Shown here: one piece after another, positions 39,920 to 54,060 of the stretch
How the letters are laid out: every line of letters starts with the position of its first letter
How positions within the stretch are numbered: position 1 is the first letter of the stretch
NCBI RefSeq assembly: GCF_964355755.1
Contig: NC_092674.1
Location: forward strand, 12,586,001 to 12,650,000
Length of the DNA: 64,000 bases
Reading direction: 5' to 3'
Source of the DNA: Antedon mediterranea
Taxonomy: Eukaryota > Animalia > Echinodermata
The notes under the pieces: generated by a model
Seen by the model: the letters and a program-made list of their open reading frames with translations, nothing else
Told to the model about the DNA's origin: nothing
Databases searched by the model: none
Translations under genes and position numbers: made by a program

Positions 39920-41839
39920 CTGAAATATTACAAACTATGTTATAGTAATTTTTCTCTAAACAAAATATTATAATATTGTCCTGAAATCAATACGATGTGA
40001 TCAATTAAAAATGACGTTATAGATTTAGATAATGCTACACTATTAAATTAAATCAAGAGTATCAGCCCTTGATGTTTTCTTGAAGATAATGTATTGTATA
40101 TGTATACATTTGTCTTTCTTGTATAACATTTATTATATAAGTGCTTTATAAATCTATCAAACAAATAAGTGGGGTTTTTTGCCTTAAAAATAAACACTTC
40201 ATCCGATAGTGCTAACTAGTCTGAGTGTAAATTATGATAAACTGGCAGTTAGCTAATTAATATCCATACTTCAAATTCTGTTCAGGTAACACATTTTGAC
40301 TGCTAAATTCTTATCATTCATGGTTTCATTTTACCGTTACTTGGAGGGGATATGTTTTTTTAAATGTTTTATAAAATCAAATAAAAATCTCAATTCATAT
40401 TTTTTGTATCATTTTGCATAAAATACAGTGTTGCTCTACAGTACCATCCAAAAACAGAAAACTGAAAAAAAAACACGAAATATCATTCTCTAACATTCAG
40501 TGCCCTAAAGGCATATGGTAATGATTACAGAATCTATTACGAGAGGTGATGGACCTTTTCTTTGAACGTCAAAATAGTGCATTGGATAGGTTGGGTCCTC
40601 AGTAAAGTATCTTATAAAAATGAATACTGTAGTCCTATACGTGATGCATAACTAACAATACGTTCCAGCTAATTCCTACATGTGGTCTTGGTAAACTATA
40701 AAACAAGGAATAATGAGAATACTTTCAATGACAGATTTATAAAAAAAGATGTACAGTATGCATAATGTGACTTGTTTTATTGTTAAATAACTATGTAACT
40801 ATGCATTTTTTGATAGGGATGTAATGGGATAAAACGATCAGCATTACATTCCCTTTCCGATGGATGGATGGTTCAGTGTGGAATGTCGGCCATTTTAAAA
40901 TACAAATGGCACCTAACTCTTTTGAATTCAGCAACTCAAGAATAACAAAGTTAGCCAATAAAATCTATTTTGGCACACATATCGAGCTGGAGCTAGTTTT
41001 CCTTACATATATGTGACTGTATTATACCGTATCATAATGTAGTATATTTTAAATTTTGACATGACATAATAAACATTGAAAGTTCTTTCTAACATATTTT
41101 TTCTCGGGGTACGCGCCGCCGTCTTCTTTATATCTTGACATAGATTGTATATTGTTTTCAATAAGCCGTGCGGAGGATTCAGGTAATGTCTCTTAGTATT
41201 AACAGGGAAGAGTTAAATTACGTAAATTAACTCTTCCCTGGTATTAAAGGCTAACACCGCGGCTTTAAAATGTATATTATGAATATAGATTGCTGAACCA
41301 CCACTCATTCGTCCAAGACGGGAATCATTTATTAAGTTGTCATTTTCAAGATCTATTATATTCGATTTATTGTCGTCAAACCATGTCTCTGACATTACAA
41401 TTACTGTAAATGTATGACTTAATGACGTTATTATTACATAGTACAGTAGACTATGTATAAATATTATAATGTACCGCGATGGTAAGCCGACTCGCAATAA
41501 AATTAATAATATTACAAGTAATATTTATTATTAATTTATAACGATTAAACAAGTTATTACAAAGTGTGACATCAGAAAACCTTGATTAATCTTACTTTAC
41601 AATGTCAAGATTAACCTTGACGAGGCAGCGGTGTTCCGAACCATGTAAGGGGTACAACCGTGCAGTTCTCAACAATTTAGTCATCCTCGCAACAAAAAAA
41701 TGATCTGTAAAAACCCGCGATGTTGTTGCTTCATTTAGGTATGTTATTACTGGCACGCCCTTTAAATTGTAAAATTAAACACTCTTTTAATCACACTTAA
41801 TTATTTAGTAATATTATTATTAATTTTTGTAAAACTTAC

Positions 41840-41938
41840 TTTGTCATAAAGATCCAATTTAGCACCTGCCTTGAGCAAAACAGTGCAAACATCTGTGTGG
41901 CCGTTTTTTGCAGCCACATATAAAGGTGACGCTCCATC
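41840..41938 (-). CDS. Ankyrin-repeat exon type B (copy)
   Basis: Same sequence as 3294..3392, splice sites intact. Confidence 0.9.
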
Positions 41939-44260
41939 CTGAAATATTACAAACATTATATTATAGTATTTTCTCTCTCTAAACAAAGTATTATAATATT
42001 GTTCTGGAATCAATACGATGTGATCATTTAAAAATGACGTTATAGATTTAAATTATGCTACATAGTTAAATTAAATAAAGAGTATTGACCCTTTTCTTTA
42101 AGATAATGTATTGTATTGTATACATATACATTTTTTGTCTTTCTTGTAGGCCTATAACATTTTTTTACAGTGTTTTATAAATTTATAAAACAAATAAGTG
42201 TTTTTTTCTTTTTTGGCCTGAAAAGTAAACACTTCATCCGATAGTTCTAACTAGTCTGAATGTAAACTGACAGTTACAGCTAAAAATATATCTAGGCTCC
42301 AAATTCTGTTCAGGTAACATGACACTTTGACTGCAAAATTCTTACAATGATTACGGAATCTATTACGAGAGGTGATGGACTTTTTCTTTGAACGTCAAAA
42401 TAGAGCATTGGATAGGTTGGGTCTTGCAAAATTGAATGTGTTTCCTCAATAAAGTCTCTTATAAAAATGAATCAAATTGAGATTTGCTTAATTATTGTAA
42501 GTGAAGCATAACTAAAAATACGTTCCAGCTAATTCTTACATAGTGAATAATGAGAATATTGTTAATGACAGATTTATAAAAAAAAGACTTAAGCCTATGG
42601 GAGGTTTAACTACAAAAGATTTAAGTCTACGGAAAAGTAAAGTCTATTTGACGGTAGTGATTTATTTGCAATCTCAACTTCAGATTGGGTACTGTACCGT
42701 ATTTCATGATTTAGGTGATTTTCCTATTTTTGTTTGTTACTTTGGGTGGAATATACTGTATGGTACTGCAAATAAGTCAATCTATAATAATAACCCACTA
42801 CTCTAATATTAACCCATGGGGGTTACTCTTAAAGTCACAAAAACATATGATACAGCTGTATTTTGAAAAAAAAGGAGATAATGCAGGTTGATCTTGGGAG
42901 TGGGGAAGGATTGAGTGTTTTTGAGTTCAAACAAATTTGTTTATTCGTACTGTTTTATTATTTTGCTATGAGTTGCTGACCAGAAAAGTTTGGGTGGGTT
43001 ACTATTTTCAGGTGCCTAATTTAAGATTAGTAATAGTAACCCACTACTCTAATAGTAACCTCCTTCCAATAGTAACTCACCCTAAAAAACAATCAAAGAA
43101 TAATAACTGAGGGTTACAATTAGAAGATTTACGGTATATAGAGTACTGCTAACCATAATAGTAGGTAACATTTGTTTTATTTGACACGACAAAACATGTG
43201 AACTCCCCAAAAAATTATATAATGTAGTATATTTTAAATGTTGACATGACATAATAAACATTGAAAGTTCTTTCTAACAGAGTTTTTATCTCGGTTACTC
43301 GGATGATGTACTTAATTTTTGTTTTATTTATATTTTTACATAAATTGTACATTGTTTTTCAATAAACAGTGCGGAGGATTCAGGTAATTTTTCTTTAAAT
43401 GGTAACACCGCGGCTTTAAAATGTATATTGCTTATAACATATAAACCCTTAAACAATATTGGTTATAACCGTTAATAATTTTAGACAGCACTCAGGCAAA
43501 AGCTAAATCGCTTCTTCAAAAAGAAGTTGTTTTATAAGACGATACCACAGTACGGGTGTGAAGTGGAACTAATTCGCCTTAAAATACTAGTTTAAAAAAT
43601 ATCATAATTAATTAACCTTTTAAAAAGCTGATAATCAGAGATGTGCGCGCGTGCAATTTAACCATCTCAATGAATATTTATTTACTAAAGCTAAAATTAT
43701 GTTTTCTATTAGAGAAACTTTGTTGTTATGGGAACATACTAAGTGGTTGGTGTAACTTCAAACTAACGATATATTTAAACATTACATTAATTAGTCTCCT
43801 TTACATAGACCTTTGTCATAGGCGATGATTTGAAATTCAGATAGTTTTAGTATTGATATTATGTTACGGAGGTGTAGTAGTATGCTACATGCAATGTGGA
43901 TTGTTGAACATTTTAATTTATTGATGATAAAAGTATATTATTATTGTAACCGAATTTGTCATGATTTACGATGAATTTAAATCAGTTTTTGCATCATGTT
44001 ATAAGGTATAGTAGTATTATATTATTATTGTAACTGCATTGTTAAAGTTTTATAGAATACTGGTAAAATACTGGTAAGTAATGTCCCACACTCCACAACT
44101 AAATATGGCCATGCATTTAATACTGAACATTGGATAGATTTAAACTTAGATATGAAACTATTTTAACAATAATATTGTTTGTACATTATACGTATGATGT
44201 AGTGATTCTTTGTATGTCACTGAAATTAATGGTAAATGTACAATTTGTAAAGTGTCCCAT

Positions 44261-45644
44261 TGTCACAAGTGATTTAATTTTTGTTTCATTGTACCGTATG
44301 AGGGGGTCATTCATGCGTAGCGGCCTCTTATTGGATGATGGGTTGGTATATAAAGTGTGTGCGGGAACGGCGCGAGGTTGAAAACCAGGAGTTGGGAGTA
44401 AGCTGAGTGTTGCATTTCTTGATTGGCTGTGGCAAACAACTATTGTTGCATTGATAAGTTGCTAAGCGGAGAAAATAAAGAAAACCACAAAGTAAGAGAT
44501 ATAGATATTTGATGCACACTTCAGCGATATTGTAGTCGTGTAATAAATAACTCCTTAATTTCTAACCTGAGGTCTCTGTTTACGACTGTTAATTGAGTGG
44601 TAGGCTACATTGAAGAAAGGATTGACTAATTGAATTTATAACTAAAGGACTCTGGCAACCAGAACACTTGTGAATACGGAATAGTAACGATATTAGAATT
44701 GAACGAGACGGAAAGGAAAAACTTACTAGGCCTACTAGTACGACACGCCATTGAATTGGAGAAAGACGTTAAAGAAAAGAAGGATGGTTACAGAAATAAT
44801 GCGTGGAATGTTAAACACAACGGCTACTGGTGTGTGAAATAGCCACCTGATTGGAACTTACATGGCATTATCAACGTGTAAACTTATTGTAATTATATAT
44901 ATGGAATAGATAGATGAATTATGAAATAACAAATATTATATGTGTGGAAGAGAATAGAATAATGTACGAATTTAAGAAATAGCGTGAAACAAAGTTTTGT
45001 TATTATAAATATGGAATAGATACTGAATTATGAAATAACGAGTATTATATAATTATGTGAAAAAGAAACGAACATAAGACAAATTGATAAAATTAGTGGC
45101 TAAAATATATTAGAAGATGAATGATTTATAATCGAAGTATATAAGACGAGATAGAGAAAGTGTTGTATTAATTGGATCATAGAGAATGGGGATAGTATTT
45201 AAGAGGGTAATTCGAGATTTATATGATGAAATTAATTGAATAATATTGTAAAGTGTAACGATGATGCAAGTATACGTATAGGGGAATTAGGGTAGAGTGT
45301 ATTTGGAATAGAAGTAATTATTTATTTATTATTGTATTCATTTATTTGTTTATTGTATTTAATTGGGTTTTGAGTATTAGGAAAGAGGTAAAGGCCATCT
45401 CTAGAGATAATTGAGGGAGTAAAGGGAACTTGTAAGATATTTATTTATGTGTTTATTGTTAACGGGTATTTATTTATTAGATGTTATTGAATGGTTAAGT
45501 GTGAAACTTCATATGAATCCTCGTTTGAGCCTGAGGTATAAATGTTTAAAAGAAAAGGAAAAAAAAAATTAAAATAACGATAGAAGCTCTTGAAGTAATT
45601 TGTAATTGTTTTCTGTATAACTAAATTGGCAAGGTTTCGTGACA
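44261..45644 (+). mobile_element. Solo LTR of the same Gmr1-like insertion
   Basis: TGTCAC...GTGACA, flanked by the same CCCAT TSD and the same flanks as the full element. Confidence 0.95.
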
Positions 45645-46202
45645 CCCATATCGTATCTTTATGTGTTATCAGTATGCTGTTATTTACGTACCTATAGAGC
45701 AACACCTTCCCCGCGATTATGTGTACATTTAATGAAGAAAGAACAATACTTAAAACTGTTACGTAAAAAAGGCGATCTCGAGCGGCGTTTATTGTATGTA
45801 ATATTTTAGATTAGTTAATATTATCAACATGCACAAGTACCTTAAATTGAATTCTACAATGTAAAGGATTCCAATGAAAAAAAAATGGTCCTGCTCTAAA
45901 ACGTAGTGACAACTCAAATACAAGTTATTTTGTAAGATCTTGCTTGAAGGTATCCATTGCTTTAAAAGACAACGAAAGTCAATATTAACCTTGACAAGGC
46001 ACCGGTGTTCCGAACCATAATTATGTGAGAAGTACGACCGCCGTGCAGTTATCGACAGTACAGTCATCCTCGCTACAAATTACAGTGTCTATAATATGAC
46101 CCGCATTGTGGTTGGTTTATTTACCTATATTATTACCGGCACGCCCATTAAATCACACTGAATTATATAGCACCAGTTATTAATAATATTTGTAACACTT
46201 AC

Positions 46203-46301
46203 ATTGTTTGGAAGATCCACTTTAGCACCTGCCTTGAGCAAAATAGTGCAAACGTCTGTGTGGCCCTCTTGTGCAGCCACATTTAAAGGTGACCATCCAT
46301 T
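46203..46301 (-). CDS. Ankyrin-repeat exon type C (copy)
   Basis: Same sequence as 13663..13761, splice sites intact. Confidence 0.9.
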
Positions 46302-49300
46302 CTGAAATAATAACAAACATGTTATTGTAGTAGTAGTAGTAGTAGTAGTATAGTCTTCTACAAAAAGCTAATTAATATTGTATTGAAATTGTTTCGATGT
46401 TAAAAGCCAGGTGAGGGCAAACAAATTCTATTGATCTTGCATTCCCCTATGTTTCATAATGTTTGTGATGTTATGTGTGTTACACGAGCTTGTTAAAAAT
46501 AGGCACTTTATTATCAGTGGTGGATAGTTCAAATTACAATAAAATCTCTATTCATTTGTACACAAATGTTGTAAATAGAGAGACAATTTAAAAAAATCTA
46601 AAAATAAACAGTGTGGTAAAAATGTTATCAGAGGACTAAATATAGATAATACTTCATAGTTTTATTTTCATGCTATAGTAAAATTATCCACCGTATATCC
46701 ACCATCTTTTTTCACCTTCTATAGAGTCACCAGACATGTAATTAAACTAGGTTAAACTACTTAACTACTGAAAAAAGTCTTCCTGGTTTTTATAACAGAA
46801 TGTTACCAAATTTTGTATTTGACCATTTTAAGGGAAATCCATGTGTTTTCGTCTTGATGTCTATTACTATATATTATTTGATTTATGTACAATTAACAAG
46901 ATATTATATTTAAAATTCATGCCTGTATCTAAGCTTTAACTTAAATAAAGATTATTAACCTTTGATGTTTTCTTAAAGATAATGTATTGTATATGCATGC
47001 ATTTGTTTTGCTTGTATACTATTTTGTTATATAGTACGGTACTTTTGTACGTAGCATTTATATACTGCAAATTTGGTAAGATTTTGTGGTCCTTAATATG
47101 AAAGATGGCACTAGTTCTGCTGTCAGTTATTTTGCTACAATTATCAAAGAACCTATAGATACAGTGCACTGATTGGGTAATAGAATAATGTAGTTTGATG
47201 ACTACGGTTAGTGTAATTTTGCGACAGTTGAAAACTTCAACATTTAAGTTTTTTTGTTGGAGACATTGATATAGGCCTACCCACTGTCATATCTTACTTC
47301 TTACTTGAATCTTTGGGCTTTTAAACGCCCTCCATTTCTTCTGTATTTAACTAGAATTGGTACTCATAAATTTCAGGGCATAAATAATCATATGGCAATA
47401 CAATTACGTGCGTAGCGCATGTAACGCATGCGTACGCGCGCTTAAAATTGTCAAAATTTATTTTCGATGAAATAAGAGTACATTTCAGGCAATTTTAAGC
47501 GTTTACAAAATTGCCATGAGTGCGCATATTTTTGCGCGCGCACTGCGCGTTAAATGTTATTGCGTACTCTTTTTGCCCGATTTCTGTTTTCTTGACTTAC
47601 TTTTCAACTCGAAATTACGTTATACGAGCACGTCGAAAGTGACAGGCTACGCACGTGTAAATTAAAAAAATATAAATGTTTTTAAACATTTCAACATTTT
47701 TAAACATGTTCAGTAATTTCGGTCAGTATAGTTCACTATGTTGGTCGGTCTGTCTGTCTGTCGGTCTGTCGGTCTATCTGTCGGTCTATCGGTCTGTCTG
47801 TCGGTCCGGTATCACTATGCATTGTAGCACGCGACTTAATGGCTGTTGGCCTTGTTCTTTTTAAGATGTTCAATTCTAATATAATTAATACTGACAATTT
47901 ATTTAATATTCCTGTGATATTTCTGTGATTAGTTCTTTAGTTCTTTTAAATATGTCTACTATAGTCTTTCTTCAGGTTGATGTACTTATATTTCCATCCT
48001 TACCTTCTTATATAAGCAATTATTATTAATTATTATCACTAGATAGTACGCGAGCGAAGCGAGCATACCTTCTAGGTCGTGTCCACAGATAGTTCTCAAA
48101 TACACAGTAATTCCAGCGTAAAAAACTGGCGATTTTAAATGTACTTACCGAAGGACTATAAATACATTGTCGTTTTCCGAAACGAATAAATAGACACGAT
48201 GATTAATGTAGTCAACTAAAATTAACACCCATGGAATTAGGCCTACTTCAGAAGGAGAAACTTGTCTTAAAAATGAGTCCAATTTTTTTATTTTAACTCA
48301 TTTAAACAAACCCAATTTGTGTTTTGTATATACATTAGAGTTGAGGGATGGGGAAGAGGATGGGAAGATCAATTTTTAAACAAATTCTTTATCCACTCAG
48401 TAACGAAATATCGTTTTAAATGTTTTATAGGCCTATCAATAATATACCACTAAACAAAGTAAAACATTTACGATTTAATACTTTTTTAAAACTGTCCCTT
48501 TTATAGTCGATTGAAATAGTAAAGTACATGTAACGATACACCACTACGACGTTTATATTTTTATAATTATTAATTAATACAAACGTTGAGAAGCAACTCT
48601 CAGTAATACAGTTTTTATTTGTGTATTATGTGTTTATATATCCAGCAGTAGAGCCTACCCACAGTCACAGTAATAAATGTTCTTTGTATATGTGTTTATA
48701 TATCTAACAGTAACCACATTCACAGTAAGAAAATATTTGTAACAGAAATCAAGACGAAAAAACATGAATTTCCCTTAATATGGTCGAATACAAAATATGG
48801 CAAAATTCTGCCATAAAAACCAGGAAGACTTTTTTTCAGTAGTTAGGTCTTGATATATTCGTAACGTACGCATATTCAAATGAACCAAATTCACTAGAAT
48901 TTAGTAAGGAAGCAAGTTTTAGATTCGTCTTAAAAATATCATATCATCGCATCCCATCCTATTACTATTGAAACCGAATTGAAACATTTTAACAAGCTTT
49001 TTATGATGGTCACACACATCGTCAGATCTATGTATAGTAATGAGAAATATACAAACAATGATGTTGTTGTGATATCGGGGTGGGTGTTTGGGGAAGGCAT
49101 TTGTTGGTAACATTAATTTCATAATAAAATAAATTCACCTAGATATGAACAAGTACAATACTGTATTTTGTATTATCAATAAGTGATAACAGTAAACAAT
49201 TGTATGAAAATAATTGTTAAATAGATATAACAGTTAATCAATTATTCAACATAATATAATTATATTTGTGTTATAATAATACAGAATTGTGTGTATAAAT

Positions 49301-51189
49301 ATATATGGGTGGCGTGGCGTTTATTAGAGGGTGGAGGTTGAATATACCAAAGATGTTTTATGGGGGAGAGGGCGTTCGTATCTCGGGTCTCAACGGCGAT
49401 AAATGCAGATAGCGCGCAACCTGTTCAAATCTAACATCAACTCAACAACTCGGCTACCATTCGGCTATATCGAGATTTTACCTGATTTAAAATACATCTA
49501 TGATTACAGCTATAATCAGTTCTCCCGATGTAGGCATATACCCCGTTTATGATATTTAAAATTGTATATACTGATTTTAAAATTTACCCGCAATATAATT
49601 CGATGATGTTTTAATATAATTGATTTGTTGATCGTTTTTTTGCACAAACAAAAATGTGATGTGCCCATATATGGACATGATGATGTCATATAATTACCAA
49701 ATTACCAAATTTTGGGCACACTAATGTTATAGTGTAGACAGCTTGGAATGTTACGCGTGGCCGTAAACAAAACTCATAAATTTCAGGGCATAAATCATCA
49801 TATGGCAATACAATTACGTGCGTAGCGCATGTAACGCATGCGTACGCGCGCCTAAAATTTTCAAAATTTATTTTCGATGAAATAAGAGTACATTTCAGGC
49901 AATTTTAAGCGTTTACAAAATTGCCATGAGTGCGCATATTTTTGCGCGCGCACTGCGCGTTAAATGTTATTGCGTACTCTTTTTGCCCGATTTCTGTTTT
50001 CTTGACTTACTTTTCAACTCGAAATTACGTTATACGAGCACGTCGAAAGTGACAGGCTACGCACGTGTAAATTAAAAAAATATAAATGTTTTTAAACATT
50101 TCAACATTTTTAAACATGTTCAGTAATTTCGGTCAGTATAGTTCACTATGTTGGTCGGTCTGTCTGTCTGTCGGTCTGTCGGTCTATCTATCGGTCTATC
50201 GGTCTGTCTGTCGGTCCGGTATCACTATGCATTGTAGCACGCGACTTAATGGCTGTTGGCCTTGTTCTTATTAAGATGTTCAATTCTAATATAATTAATA
50301 CTGACAATTTATTTAATATTCCTGTGATATTTCTGTGATTAGTTCTTTAGTTCTTTTAAATATGTCTACTATAATCTTTCTTCAGGTTGATGTACTTATA
50401 TTTCCATCCTTACCTTCTATCACGTAAAGTATTAAGAGTACACGCCGGTTCATGTGCGCCATATTATTGCTCATATATTCTTTACTAAAATAATTTTGCA
50501 AGCACGTTAATGTATTGATTCAACATTACTTTGTTTATCAATATTGGGTTGTATATTCATATGAAGTAATAATATTAACAAGGTCAACACTCGGGAAACC
50601 AAATTTTCTGGAAAAAAGCAATGGATTTGATACTGCATGACATTTTTTTCTGTTATTAACCATAATAGGAAGTAAAAATAAAATGTCAACTATTGCTATA
50701 TTTTGGGGTTAAAGGTCACGTCACCAAATACAGGCCAAAAATATCAAAAAATCATATTTTTTAAATAAAACCATTAATACAATTAACTAGAGAATGTAGA
50801 GGCCCGTTGTGTTAAGAAAGCCGAAAAATATCGTGCATAGCCATAATACGTGATTTTGGCCCTCTATCGGCAGAACCTCCCGTAATCGGCCACTTTTCAA
50901 TTTCATAAAATAAGGCAATTAATAGGAGTTGATACCTTAGTGGTTATAACAGCCCAGGTCTATAGTCTACTTTAGTTAAGTATGGTCAACAACATGAATT
51001 CCAGAAAAGTGAGTGCTAAATTAAACTAAATTTGAACTTATCAAGCCCACATTTTTTTCGCAAATACTGTAGGAGCAAATCCAAGCCTAAGCAACTGAAG
51101 AAAAGATATTTAGGCCTAGCCTAGATGTCATAAGTAAGCCCATTAATTACAATTTATCACGGTTGGTTTCTTCGGAAAATAGAGAACTC

Positions 51190-51400
51190 TACGAACGCCT
51201 CTTGCCTTAGGCTTGTCCTTTAATATTCGTAATCCCCAACGTGTTACTCGTAGCTCTTCTTCTGTTGGTACTCATTTTTATATTCGTCGCTGCAGAACTG
51301 TATCTTCTTTTCAATCATATATCCCACGTGTTACCAGAATTTGGAATAACTTACCCAGTGAAATCCGCAACTTAAATATTTCTGTTAGTTCTTTTTTTTT
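51190..51400 (+). mobile_element. CR1-group LINE ORF2 C-terminal fragment
   Basis: RTVSSFQSYIPRVTRIWNNLP motif. Confidence 0.6.
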
Positions 51401-52064
51401 GCAAGCACGTTAAATGTATTGATTCAACATTACTTTGTTTATCAATATTGGGGTTGTATATTCATATGAAGTAATAATATTAACAAGGTCAACACTCGGG
51501 AAACCAAATTTTCTGGAAAAAAGCAATGGATTTGATACTGCATGACATTTTTTTCTGTTATTAACCATAATAGAAAGTAAAAATAAAATGTCAACTATTG
51601 CTATATTTTGGGGATAAAGGTCACCAAATACAGGCCAAAATACAAAAAAAAATCATATTTTTAAAATAAAAGCATTATAATGGTTTAGATTCACGGTGAT
51701 TCTAGAAACAGCAGCGAATTTATCAAAAATGTTGTTTTTGCTCTTTTAAATTTAAATTTCATGGTTTCTCCCAGTTTCCATGGTTACAAGACACTATTAA
51801 AATTTACCAAACATAACATTATTAGTGGATTTATATTTAATATGTCTTCTTTCTAAACAATATTAAAAAGTTTGGATTGCCAAATTTACCATTTTTGGAC
51901 TTTTAGCACACTTTGAATAGATTCTGTGCCATAGGCCAAGAGCTATTCCTTTATTATTCTATTTTTAATTTTTTTTTAAATCGGTAATCGTGACCCTTTA
52001 TAAGTTGTTGTATATGATGTGCCAGCGTGCTAGCTACGTTTTAGACATTGGAATAGTAAACAAC

Positions 52065-53360
52065 TAATAGTAAAAAGAACTTGAAACGAATTGTAAACGT
52101 CTGTCCAGCATTAGAGATAATGTTAAAATTCTCTTCTTGAAAGAGGTAATAGGTGCATGGAGTAATTTTATTTCTATTCATTATCCAAAGTCTGTTGACG
52201 AGCTATTACGAATGCAAATTTGGAATAATGAAGTAATAAGAATAGGCAACGAATGTATAAGATATGGAAATTGGGAAAAAGCAGGTATTCTGTTTGTTAA
52301 TGATTTGTTTAACAGCAATGGGCAATTTATGAATAAAAAAGAAGTCGAAGATACCTATGGAATTAAGATAAATTATATAAAATTAATAGAATTAAGAAGG
52401 CTTCTGATGGAAAAGTTTAACAATTTAATGATATGTGAAATAAAAAAAAACAGTTTTGCCAGATATTTCATTTCATATAAAAAGTACTCTTTCAACAAAG
52501 AAAGGGATATCGTATTTTTTATGATGTTTTAAATAACTCAATGTTTAAATCATGGAAATCACAAAAGAAATAGGCAGAGAATAAATTTGTATTCAATAAC
52601 GAACAATTGAAAACTAATCTACCTAGCTCCATAATATACGTGTACAATGAATATTGTTTTAATATATTTTCAATATAAAATTCTAAACAGAATAATTGCA
52701 ACAAATTATTTAAAATGAATATAAAAGAAACTTCAATGTGCTCATTTAGAGATGGTAAAATCGAAACCAATTAGCATTTGTTCTGTAATTGTCCAATAGT
52801 AAAAAGGATATGGAACCTTCTCCAGGAAACAATTTCAGAAAAAACTGGAGTGCAATTTATTTTTAGTAAAGAGAGCATAATTTTTGGATACCAAGATGCG
52901 CATCAGTTTTTTAATTTAAAAGCCATTAATGCAATTATTCTAATTGTAAAATCATTTATTTATAAATGTAAACTAGTTAAACGTAAGCCAAATATCAAAA
53001 TGGTTATGAACAACCGATTCAGTGTTTGTATTTACTCTATATAGCGCCCTCTATAATACTCTATAATAATATGTATGTTAAAAGTACAGCATTTATGCAG
53101 ACAGCATACGTTTGCTGATAGTCATACAGATACATACCTATTGACAGTAGCAGAATCGGGTGTTATGAAACGGAAAAATGTATTTATCATCAGAATTTCC
53201 AGGTCAGTATTTTAAATAGAAAATGGATAAAATTAGAAGCATTTATAAATCAGATGGATATCTTTGTTGTTTTTGTTTGATTTTTATTTTTTATTTGATT
53301 ATGTTTTTCCTTTGTAATGTATTATATGATGAAAAAAATAAATCAATAACAAAATAAAAA
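52065..53360 (+). mobile_element. 5'-truncated L1/Tx1-like LINE
   Basis: IWNN..I..G...W..AGI..VNDL and HLFCNCP..K.IW motifs; A-rich tail; 13-bp TSD AATAGTAAACAAC (52052-52064, 53361-53373). Confidence 0.75.
53011..53162. mobile_element. 152-bp MITE nested in the L1/Tx1 fragment
   Basis: CAACCGATTC...GAATCGGGTG ends (9/10 inverted match), 7-bp TSD TTATGAA; a related end lies at ~54373-54396. Confidence 0.65.
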
Positions 53361-53811
53361 AATAGTAAACAACCAAATAAAAGTGACATTGGGCAGACTT
53401 GTAAATGGTAGTTGCGAATGAATTGCCGTTTCTTACAAAGGGAGCATACCGCCTCTCGAAACTACGTATTTTGGTACCTGTATGTGTATAGCATGGCCTC
53501 CGGTTGTCGACGCGTGAGCTGGGCCAACTTCTAAATATATTTACTCTATAAATATTTCTTACAGAGGGACACCGCCAGATTAAGTGCGTCCTATCACTAG
53601 TAAGTAACTTGATTCAGATTTCTACAGGACGGATATTGACGCGTAAACCACAATGAAAATTAGTTTTGTCAATTAGTTGACGTTTTACTGTAATATTAAA
53701 TATATTTGTTACTAGAAATTAGTTTGATAAAATATATTCTACAAAATTAGTAGGCCTAATCGTTTTCCCATAATAAATTAAGGGGGTGGTGGGGGGTGAC
53801 ACGTGTTTGTT

Positions 53812-54060
53812 TATGAGTGAGAATCAATAAGGCATTTAATTAAAATGCAGACCGTCTTAAATTACATTGACATGTTCCGATAAATATATTCTCATCATCA
53901 GAACTGTAATCAAAGCCTAGAGTACTTGTATACGTACAAAGTTGCGTTTAAATGAGTCAATAATTAGTATGAGAATAGATTTATCGAAACATGTCACGTA
54001 ATTTTAAGACGGTCCACATTTTCATTAAATGCCTTATGATATTATTGATTATCAATCGTA
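53812..54060. mobile_element. Foldback MITE with ~85-bp imperfect TIRs
   Basis: aatcaataaggcatttaat...tattctcat mirrored by atgagaata...attaaatgcctt...ttgatt; TA at both ends. Confidence 0.65.

Larger units (their letters stand above)
19763..40410. repeat. 10.32-kb near-identical tandem duplication carrying exons D and A
   Basis: Offset 10323-10325 throughout; unique junction at ~30086-30090. Confidence 0.95.
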
